Shown: one piece after another, positions 22,401 to 34,400 of the stretch
How positions within the stretch are numbered: position 1 is the first letter of the stretch
Layout of the letters: every line of letters begins with the position of its first letter
NCBI GenBank assembly: GCA_904063045.1
Contig: CAJFCJ010000023.1
Location: 62,001 to 126,000, forward strand
Source: Dimorphilus gyrociliatus
Taxonomy: Eukaryota; Animalia; Annelida
Direction: 5' to 3'
Length of the DNA: 64,000 nucleotides
Notes under the pieces: model-generated
The model's input: the letters and a program-made list of their open reading frames with translations, nothing else
What the model was told of the DNA's origin: nothing
Databases searched by the model: none
Translations under genes and position numbers: made by a program

Positions 22401-25400
22401 CTGGTCTGCCTCAATCAATTTTAAGACCTGAAACTCCTTCCTACTTTTCCGATACTGACGCAGAAGTTCCTAAAATTACATATAAACTATCAAAGGGTGA
22501 GAGTGATTTAAAATCACTCGAACCTATGGTTCCAAACTGGACCGCAAAGCCTTTTAGAAGGTCTTCAGATACTCGAATGGACATCTACAGGTGTGAAAAG
22601 GACTTTAATGGTGATATTTATGAAGATTTAATCAAATTGATTTTTCAGTTCACTTCAAACTGATAACCCTACCATTATTAAAAAATCCCCCATGAAAAGA
22701 CCCGGTGACAGAAGGTGTTTGTTGTTTGTGGTGTTCCGTATCACAATGCAAAGTTCCTTAGGATTCTTAAAAAATGGCGTGAATTTGTTACTTTATTTTT
22801 CATAAAAGGCTTACAAAACCTTCTAATTAACAAGCCTATACAAATTGTGCCATTATAATAGAAATTCCTTATTTTTTGCCTATTGTGATATAAAATGTAG
22901 ACGATCAGATATGACCTCAATACCCATTCAAACAGAATCTCATTATTTTTTTTTATATTCAATTCCAGTCCGATGACACAACATATTCCTCCAAAGCGCA
23001 CTCCAACGCCAACTAGGTTGGAGCATAGTATTGAATTGTCCAAACTAAGTCAATCACCTGCACCTCTCGAAGAGTCCCGAGCTAAAATTATCATGACTCC
23101 ACCATCAACACCACTTAGATCACAATCGCCCGCTGTTGGCTTTTCTACACAACCCGCTTACCAACCAGTGGTTCCTCAAAGACCTTCAGCTCCAGTTCAT
23201 AGAGCTCCTACACCTATTCAGGCTGTAACTATGCCTGTGCAAAGGTCTCAAACTCCAGTCCAGCCTGCAACTTTTAGCCTTAGAATGCCGCAGAAAACAC
23301 CTGCGCCTGCACCTGAGCCTCCCAGACAAAGAGCTCCTACCCCAGTACAGGCTTTTACAATGCCCCTATACCAAGCTACGCAACCGGCCGCTCCATTAAA
23401 AGATAGCTCTTTAAGAAGGATGATAGACGAAGCTGAGAGGTGGGAAGCATACCTGCCCTGAAACTATCTTTCTTGCCTTTTACCCCATTAATATCTTTGG
23501 TTATTCCCCCATTTCATAACTTCCGCATATTTCCCCTTTTTGCTCGAAAACCCTTATTCTACGAAATATTAACATCTTCTCCCAAATTAAAAAAAATTTA
23601 CCTTTCCCAACGTTTTCAAATAATAAAAGTAATATTTAAAAAAATCTATTAACCAACTTTTACAGTAACAACTAATGCCTTCCTCTACTTATCAAATCAA
23701 TTTTCAAGTATAATAATATAGTTGTTATTATTTTTAACAGTACTGGTCAACCTCCTGCCAAGGAGCCCAGATATTCGGAAAGCCCAAGTTTATCTATTGA
23801 AGAATTGATAAAGGAAGGGAAAGAGCCTGAACCTGCAAAAGAGGATATGTTCGATAAAACTAGGCCAATACCTCCTAAATTTAAAGTAACAGCTTCTTAT
23901 TCAAAGAATTTTGATCTTAATTTTTAAATTCATATATTGTTTTTAATTTTAGACACAACTCAAATCAAAGATGAATCTTAAAGAATCTGATAGATGTCAC
24001 TTTGAAAGTCGACTAATACCCATTAATGATCCAGATTTAACTGTTGAGTGGTACAAAGATGGAAAATTATTGAGAGCTGGACATAAATTTAAACCGATGT
24101 ATGACTTTGGATACGTTGCATTAGATATTCTTTACACATACGCAGAAGATAGTGGTGTCTATTTATGCAAAGCAAAGAATAAATACGGAGAGGATACTAC
24201 ACAAGCTGAAATAAAATGTTTTCCAAAAGACAGTGTAATCGAGGAATCTCAGTTACCCGAAGGAATAGACACAGTTCAAAAGATGGAAGCCATGGAAGAG
24301 TTATGGCAAGCACCTGTTGGAGACAGAATCGAAGACGAGCAGGAACATACTGCACCCATATTTGATTTAGTTCCTGAACCAGTTCAATGTAAAGAAGGAG
24401 ATACAGCCAAATTTTTGGTGAAAGTTGCTGGATTTCCGAGACCCAGGGTTACATGGTGGGTTAACAGCTCAATAGCTGTCAATGTAAGTAGTTTAATAAA
24501 TATCATTTAGCTTTGAATATTATCTAAAAAGCAACTTATTGTAGGGTGCTAGATATAAGTTACATTATGACGGAATGCTATATTCCTTGGAAATGCCAAA
24601 AGTTAGAGAATATGATAACGGAACTGTTAAAGTTGTGGCGAGAAACTCATTTGGCGAAGCTGAATGTTCAACTTCTTTGCTCGTGATACCAAGAGAAGAC
24701 TGGAGATCTGCTCTGACGCCGGCTCCCCGATGTGAGCTATACTTTAATAATATTGACAAAGAAATAATAAATTTTAATTTATATACTTAATTGAATTTTA
24801 GCCACTGTTCAAGTCGAACTGGATAAGCACAAGAATGTTGAATTAAGAAGCGTTGAATTAGATGAAAAATTGAAGAAACCTAAAGCAACGGTATCCGAAT
24901 TGAGGGCATTTGAAAGAGGTAGTCATTAATATGGTAGTATATAGAGGTAAAAATTATTTGCTTATAAAATTTCCAGACACTCAAGACCGAGCCCGACTAA
25001 AGAAAGATGAAGAAGTACTTCAAGCGTATCAAAACATAAATTGGCAGCATGCTACAATGGCTCATCAAAAATCAACTGCAGAGTTGCGTGAACACTCACC
25101 GCTTCTTGATAAGGAGTCGATAGTTCACGTAGAAAGAGCCAAAGCTATGCTTCAAATGGTCTCCGAATATAGAGATGAAGCAGCAAACAGACAATTTCAA
25201 CATAGTAAACCCATTGAAAAGCAACCACCTACGTTTTTAATGCCTTTGCAATCAGTAGTAACCAAGGAAGGCGATGCCATCAGGTAAACTTTGACACTTT
25301 AATACTGTAGTTCGTTTCTAACTAATATTTTTATTGCTAAAGAATGGAAGTTCATTTTACTGGTCTTCCAACTCCTCAAATTCAGTGGTTTAGAGAGGGA

Positions 25401-28400
25401 TCTGAAATTCATTCTACGAGAGATTTTCAAATTTTTGCTTCCTCGCACAAGAGCACTCTCTACATACCTGAAGTATTTGCTGAAGATGCTGGCCTATTTA
25501 CCGTCAGAGCAACAAATCCTTTAGGTGTTGTGGAGTGCAAAGGATTTTTAACTGTTGATGGTAAAAAAGAAATTCTTTTGACTACAATGAAATTTTTAAC
25601 AACATTTGTTATCCAATTTTAGAACCTGATCCATCTCAGAGAGAAACTGCTCCTTTATTTACGGAGCATTTGCGTGATGTTTCTGTTCAGAATGGTCAGC
25701 CTGTAACTTTTGATTGTCAAGTTACTGCTCATCCAAAACCGGACGTTTATTGGAAAAAAGATGGTCATAAATTAACTGATTCTCCTAGATGGAAATTCGT
25801 TGTCGACGACAACCATTATACTTTATTGATTTACGAATCAGCACCTGGTGATAGTGGAACCTTCGAAATCACTGTTGAAAATCGCCTTGGAACGGCTACA
25901 AGTAGAGCTGTTTTGTCAATAACAAAGGAGACAGCTGTAAGAAAAATACTAAATGAACTTATTTGACTTGCAACTAATTAATGAAACAATTTTTTGATTC
26001 TAATAGCCCCGAAGACAAGAACAACCACTACAACCTCAAGCACCAATTATCGTTCAACCTATGAAAGACGCAACCGTTAATGAAGGATGCAGAGTTGTAT
26101 TCCTTACAGCTTTAACCGGAAAGCCTGGTATGCTGAGTTGTTGACAATCTTTGTTAAACAAAATTGCAATAATATTTAATTTTTAGATCCAGTTATTTCT
26201 TGGTACTGCAATAATCAACCAATAAAACCTTCGAAATACTTTCAAATGCAATCAACTCCCACCGGAGTTCATACTTTGACAATCGCAGAAGCTTTTCCCG
26301 AAGATGAAGGAAAGTACAAGTGCACAGCTGTAAATGCAGCTGGTGAAGCAAGTACAACTTCACAATTGAAAGTGATTTGTAAGTTGAGAATAAATATATA
26401 TCTAACATATAAATATTATTCGTTGCTAATTGAACAAATACTTTTCAGCCCTTTCTCAAAGTGATTCAGATGCATTTGATACTGCGTCATGGAAAGAGAG
26501 AGACCCTCCTAGATTTTTGTCTCCTGTTCAGGCTCAAGAGGCTGTAAAAGGTGAACCTGTTAAATTTGATGCTGTAATTGCAGGATGCCCGTCTCCCACA
26601 ATTACTTGGTTCCGCGAGGGAGTTCCTGTACCAGCACAAGGACGATTCAGACAGTTAAGAGACGGAAATAGATATAGTCTTTACGTTGAATCAACTCAGA
26701 TTCAAGATTCTGGTACTTTTACTTGTCAAGCGGTAAACGTAGCTGGTAAGGCTGTTTGCCCAACCGACTTGGTTGTTCATGGTATGTAATTTTAAATATC
26801 TTAATTACCTCCCCCAGTTTGGTCTCGTTTTGAATTTCCAAAACTGTTTTTGCTTGAGAGTGTTTGAATGAGCATGCTCGAAATTGAATTTTGTAGGGGT
26901 TGCATGTTTTAAAAATTTGTTTCAGAGCCTATAAGTTAACATAACATATACGATATTTATTTTGTATTTGCTTGTTTTTTCTGAATTTGGAAAGTTGGAA
27001 CTAATCGAGTTTTCCCAAAAAATTAAAAATTTGTAAGTTGTTGAATTATTCTAAAGAATTTACACATTGAATTGAATTGCATTAAAAGTATTTTAAAAAT
27101 TTATAGAACAATCAAGAGTCTCTCAAGCTCAATTTCTGTTGCATCAACCTCAGCAACAAAAGATTTTACCTCAAACTAAGACAATTCAACAAAAAACTGG
27201 CCCAAGAAAAAGGCAAGCGCCAGTAATTACTCAGCCTCCTCCACCTTTCTTAGAAGCTAGAGTTGGAACTATTACAAAGTTTGTAATCGCAGAAGTTGAA
27301 GTAATTATGTAATCGAAATGTTTTTGAAATTTCTTTTAGGCTTGTTGCTTTTATTGAAGCTTATCCTCCACCGAGATTTACCTGGTACATAAATAATGTA
27401 CAAATAAAACCTTCAAATCGTTTCAAGATTTCAAGTGATCAGAGAAGTGTAACTCTAATCATTATGAATACACAACCATCGGATGCTGGAGTATACACTT
27501 TGAAGCTTCAAAATGATGCTGGTGAAGCAGTTTGTACCACTAGCTTAAAAATTCCTGGCTATGAACCTCAACCTCAACGTCAACCTCAAGCTCAAAGAGA
27601 AACAACAAAGATTAAACAAGTCGTTGAAGAAACGCAAATGACTTCAATACCCCAACAAAGGGTCAGTGTAACATCCATTGCTAAAAAAGAAAAACCGAAA
27701 GTTGTACAAGGATTGAAGCCACAAACTCATGTAGTTCTTAATGAAATTGCAACTCTGGCTGTCCAAGTTGCTTCGGAAGTGAAAACTGTAATTCATTGGT
27801 ACGTAAATAATTTGGAGATTAGACCAAGCAACAAATACGTTATAAGAAATAAAGATGATTTTGCATATTTGGATATTAAAAATGTTCAATATGCGGATAG
27901 TGGAACTTATAAAATGAAAGCAATTTCTGAATTAGGTGAAACTGTTGAAACGACAACTTTGATAGTGAAAGGTATATCTTTACTTTTAAAATGTTTACTA
28001 TCTTAACTAACGTGAAATTAATGATTTTAGCTCCTGAAATAAAGGGTAAACCACCTAGATTTCTTCAAAATCCCAAACCTCAAACTATCTCTGAAGGGAA
28101 TAGATTAGTTATTGAATGTAAGGTTACTGGAGAGCCAATGCCTGATTTGTCATGGTCTCACAATAATAAATGCATTGACGAAAGAAATGACATTAAAATC
28201 GAATATGATCGTAAAGTTGGTTTATGTAGAGTTGTAATTGAAAAGGCTTTCATTGAGGATGCTGGCAATTATCGGTTTGTTATCTTCCTTTTGCCGTACG
28301 AATAGTTGTTTATCTTATTCCTATCTTTCATTTTTAGCTGCATTGCTAGAAATCAAGCTGGTCAAGCTCAAACATCTGTTAAGATCGTTCTACAGGCCAG

Positions 28401-31400
28401 GCCTTCTCAATCGCCTGTACAAGTTACCCAAGTCAGACGCTCTCCTGTTAGAAGATCACCAGCTAAATCGCCTAAAACCATTGTTGAACGAAGACATTCT
28501 AAAGAAAGAGTAATCAAGGAAGAAGGTGTTACAGAAACCAATGAGATTGAACAAGTGAAATTGATTAAGCATGTTGTTAAAGAATCAGAAAAGCGTGAAC
28601 CTCCAAAATTTTTGCAACCAATACAACCCCAAGTAGTTAAGGAAGAAAACAGTTGTAGTTTTTCTGCGCAGGTTAAGGGTATTCCTACTCCGACAGTAAC
28701 TTGGTTGAAAGAAAAGGTAATAAACAGTCAACATATACATTTTTACATTTAACCTAATAAAAACATATTTCCGATTTATTCAGTCCGAAATTGAACCATC
28801 TGAAAAATACAAGATAATTAGCGAAGACGAAACTCACAGCCTGACTGTTCTTAATTGCTCTGAAGAAGATGTAGCAACATACTCTTGCAGAGCAGCTAAT
28901 CCTGCTGGAAAAGCAACTTGTACAGCAAATATTGTTGTTATACGTGAGTATATATAGAAAAGATTTTCTCATTTACTCGTATTAATTTCTCAATTAGTTA
29001 TTCTTAAAATGACATATTAGCGTTTCTTTATGTAAAAGTATTGGTGTGTTATAAACAGTATGTTCGTCTTGAGAAACAAAAATTATGTATTCTGTGTTTA
29101 CATAATTTTGACTAGTTTTAAGTTTATTTGGGTTAAATTATATGCATAGTTTATGATGCTTAGTTTATTTGTGTTATAAAGCAATTTAGGTGCTTTTCAA
29201 TAGATAAATATATTGAATTATATTATTGTCATCATCTAACTTTTATTTATATTATTTTCGTGTGATTTTTATTTGTTTATTATTTATATTCAAGCATGTC
29301 TCGTATTTTTGAATTTTTCAGCTTTAAACTAATCATCTGCGCTAGAGTTGCGTAGAGAAAAGCATGGAATAATCCAAAATATCTTCATTCTTAAAATGTT
29401 TAGCATAATTTTGTCACTCAACAGCCCCTTTGCCTGAAAGTGAAGATTGCCCACCCATTTTTACGGAAATGCTTAAACCAACTAGGGCCTTGGATGGTCA
29501 AAGAGTTCAGTTTAGAGCAATAATTACAGGGCATCCAATGCCCGATATAAGATGGTTTCATTTGGATGATGAAATTTCCGATTCGGAAGATTTTATTTTC
29601 CAATATGACAAGGTTACAGGAGAATGTATCCTTACTATTCCAGAGGCTCTTGAGGCAGACTCTGGAAAGTACACTATTTTAGCAGAAAATTCAATAGGAA
29701 GAACGATGTGTTCTACTAGTTTGAGAGTGCTTAATTCTCCCCAAGAGGAAAGTGAGCCTATCCAAACAGATATAAGAGAAATAGAGCAGCCAACGTCAAT
29801 GACTGTTCAAAATTCAACGGATTTTCCAGAAGAATCAAAGACCATATTCTATAGTTCTACAAATCAAAAATCAAGTGAAATAGTTGAAACTACGTCTGAC
29901 ACAAAAAATCCTGCAAGCGAAATTCAAAGCACAACTGAGACAGTAGTAACGGAAAACCAAAATGTTTCCTCAGAAACTACTCAAGCAACTTTCAGCATTT
30001 CACAGCAAGCAAATACTGCTGAAATCTCTGAAACTAGTTCTATTCCGTGTCTAGATGAAGGTGAACCTATGCAAGTTGAAAGTAAAGATGATATTACTTT
30101 CGAAGAAACTGCAGATGCCTCCATTGCATCTTTCAAGGTTGACGAACAGGCAACTGAAATTCAAATAAATTTAGAAAATACAACAAACGCGGAAGAAAAG
30201 CCAACAAATCTTTCCGAACCGCAGTCAGTTGAAGAAGAAACCGTTCTTACGGTTAATGTTAGTGATATTCAGCTAGTTAAAAGCGATGAGCAACAGGTAG
30301 ACTCTCCTGTTGAATCAGATAAGCCATTAGAAAAAGACGATTTTGTTACTGCTCAAGTTCTAATAGAAAACGAAAATCAAAAATTGTCTCAATCAGACAA
30401 AACTGATATAGTGTCTTCTGTTCTAGAGAACAATCTAGAAAATCCATTAGAAACCACTGAAGCAACTTTGAAAATAGTAAAGCAAGAGCAAACGACCGAT
30501 GCTGATATTGATGAAAACGTTGCACATGCAGACACTAGTCAAGAAACTTTGAGAGTCGGAGAAGCAAAGGCAACAGTTTCACAAGAATTTACTACAGAGA
30601 TAGGTGATAATGAGCTGGATTTTTCAGAAACTGTTACATTTGATGTAACAGAAGCATTGGACGATACAAGTACAATAATGTCAGATCAAACTGATACTAC
30701 TGTTATTGAACAAGATATAGGAGAACCGGCAGAATTTATCACTCCTCTGTCACCTCTTATTGTTCCAATCGGAGATACCTGTGCATTTGTGGCCACATTA
30801 GAAGGATCACCCACTCCAAACGTCACATGGTATAGGAACAATGAACCTGTCACAATAAGTGAAAGGATAACAACATTTTTTAATAATGAAACCAAAGAAG
30901 CCATTTTAACTGTAGAAGATTGCTGCGAAAGCGATACTGCAGATTTTTGCTGCGTTGGAGAAAATAAATATGGAAGGGCTCAGAGTAGGGCAAATCTTGT
31001 TGTAATTCGTAAGTATATAAATATCAGAATAGGTTTAAAACAAAAAAGCACAGTATTTGCATGAAAAAAGTGTTTAGTAGAAAAGTTTTTGGTCTAAGAC
31101 GTAAATCTTACAGAACGGGATCAAAGTGATAATGGACATCAGGAGACAATATTGATTGAAAAACCAAGTTTAAAAAGCGAAAAGTCAATTATAAAGGAAA
31201 ATATAGTGGAAAATGTTAAATTCAACATTGATTTAACCACTAAAAATGCTGAATCAGAATCAATCCAACCAAAGCAAGAAATTGAAGAAAAAAGTTCTGT
31301 GTGCGAAGAAACTTTCGAAATGCAACTTGGTCCTAATATCCCGAAAGATATACCTGTTTTTACATTGGGTCAGCCGATTTCGTTTGATTTTAGTAATTGT

Positions 31401-34400
31401 AAGTTATCTGATGTAAAAATGGATATTGAAAATGAAGTGAATTGGCTTGAACGGTTTTTTTAGGTTTTTTTTACTCAGAAGAAAATGAGGATTGTGTTGT
31501 GTTTTTGTATTTTTCATACTTTTTAGCTTGTTCTTTAAATTTATAAACAAATATTTGTTTAATTCATTTTTATAATTTTTCTTTATTATTATTTTATTTT
31601 TTTGTGAATTTTTCTTTTTATTTTTCATTTAAATTATTTTTCTTACTTGATACTGAGATACTTTTTTTCAATAATAGCTAAAGATGCTGAAATTACAGTC
31701 ACTGAAAAGACTGTTTCTGTTAAGAAGGAACAGGTTACTGTAATTGGAGAAGAAGAAACAAGGATTACTGAATCTTCACCTCACTTTTCGAGACCTCTTC
31801 CGGCAGAAATTAGAATTCCAGAAGGTCAAGATGCTAAGTAATCATTTAATTTTTTTATAATTACAATTATTTTAAGAGTTTACTTATTAGTATGGAAACT
31901 TTCTATACTGCCGAGCCTAATCCGAAAATAACTTGGTTCATAAACGGAGTAGAAAGCCAACCTACTAACCGAATTCTTCATGTCCAAGAAAAACAAAGAG
32001 CCTGTCTTAGTATTTTGAAAGTCACCTTACAGGACTCTGGAGTATATCTCTGTAAAGCTATTAATTCTCTTGGCGAAGCAAGCTGTAGAACAAAATTAGT
32101 TGTAATTCGTAAGTTGAAAATTCTGATATTAAGCCTCTCGTTCTTCTATTTAAAAAAAATTTTCTAGCTCGAGACAAAACCAAATCTGGTGATGAAGGAA
32201 AAGCTGTAACAACCAGTGAAGAAACATTTAGTGTTTCTGAACCAACAACGTCAAAGGCAGCTATGAAAGAGACTGATAGGCCAACGTCTTTAGCACTGGA
32301 GCACCCGGGGGTTATGTCAGAGCCATGCGCAGTCATTAGCCAAAAAAGTGTCGCACCTCTAGAATTGAAGTCTACTGATCATGCTCCAAAATTTATTTTA
32401 CCTTTGGAAGATGTAGCTACAGAGGATGGCTCAAAAATTTATCTTTCAACTAAATACATCGGAAGTCCACGACCCAATATAACTTGGTTCTTTAATAAAC
32501 AGCCTATTCGAGAAAATCAAGATTTTAAAGTGAATACTTATCCCGATCAAAGTCGCTCTGATCTAATTATTGAAGAAGTCTATCCGGAAGACGATGGAGA
32601 GTATTCTGTTCTTGCTGAGAATCCTCTTGGATCGGACTATACAGTTTGTCACTTGCATGTTACCTGTAAGTTTATGAAAATAGTAATATAGTCAATAATC
32701 TTACATTATTTGTTAAAAGTTCCTAGTTCAAGTGATGAGGATACTCAAGAACAAACAATCAGAACTACTCAAACTATTCAGATGGAACAAGTGAGTGAGG
32801 TACCGGATTCTCAACACTCAGAAACTATAAATATTTTGCACAAACAAAAGGTTTGTAAAACTTTTGAATATGTTTCGTAACTCTTTATACTAAAAATTTA
32901 TTTAATAAAATAGCAAACTGTATCGCAAACAACTCAAGTTGTTATCCATCAAGAACCTCAACTTCGATCTGAGAAATTGACAGTTGAAGTTCCAGGTACA
33001 ACACAGCAAAGTGAAATAATCTTAGCACCACGGGCGAGACCTCTGCAAACTCAACAAACGTTTTCACAGACTCATTCTGTATTAGTACAGAATAAACAAC
33101 CACAAGTTTATTCTCAGTCTTTTGCTGTTGAATCTAAACAAGAGCCAACAACTCAAAGAGCTCAAATGAATGTATCGCAAAGAAGTATTTTAAAGGGTAT
33201 GAAAATGGAAGTTGAGATCGAAGATAAATCTCAAGTATCTACTATAGAGATACAAAGACAACAAGAAATTCTTCAAAAGCAACAAGTTTGTTATAATAAA
33301 TTTGAAGTGAAAGCTTTAATAATTTTATTATAAAACTTTTTCTTAGCTTGAGATGAAATTAGCAGGGAAACCACCTAAATTCATTCATGAACTCTATGAT
33401 ATGACAGTTATGGATGGAGAGGAGGCAAAACTGACTTGTAAAGTAACTGGATGGCCAGCACCGGACGTTGTTTGGTATAAATCAGGCCAGAGGGTTACCG
33501 ATACCCCCGATTTCAAACTGCATTATGCAAGGGAAAGTGGAGATTGTATTCTTCATATTCTGGAAGTTTTCCCTCAAGATTCTGCAGAATATCGCTGTGT
33601 AGCCGTAAACCCATATGGAAAAGATGTTACTAACTGCACCTTAACTGTTGAAGGTATGACTCTTTTCTGAAAATTGATATCAAATGTTAAAAATTACTAA
33701 TTTATAAAAAATTTTCAGTTTTTGAATATATTCAAGATAGTGAAGAGGCAACAGCTTCGCAAAGCGAAATATCCCCAGAAGAGCGTCTAAGAATGTCTGA
33801 CTCTGACACAGAGTTTTTCGAAAGAGCTCAGACTTTCATTGCTAATATGCAAAAAATGAGAGAAGAGATAACTTTGGAAATAGAAGAAAAACCGAAGGGT
33901 GAAGAAATTGAAGAAGAAGTTGTGACTCTTGCCAAAGTTCAATGGGCAAGGCGTCAAGAAGCTCTCATTGCCCAATTAAAACCAGAATTTGATCAAAATG
34001 TTGAGACTGAGGAAAGTTGGATGACTGAAGAGGGAAAGACAACCGAATTTACTGGATATGATTTATCAAAGTCTAAAAAATCAATCTTATCTCAAAGAGT
34101 TGGATATCAAACTGGACCACAAATCGAAGAATGTGGGCCAGAAGGTGCTTTACCAGAATCTTATCAATCGGAAGAGCGTATGGAAGATGAGCTTTCGATT
34201 TCGCGTAAAGAAGAACCCAAAGAGAGTAGAAGTTTAACTCAATCGGCTCTTCTTTCTGAAGAAGAATTCACGGAAGGTGTTCACGTTGTTCCAGAAGAAA
34301 CCAAACAGAGAGACACGTCTCCAGTTGAAATGCAGTTATCTAATAAAGAACTAAGAACTACCACTTTAGCAGGATCTGTTAAAGAAGAGTTACCATTGGA

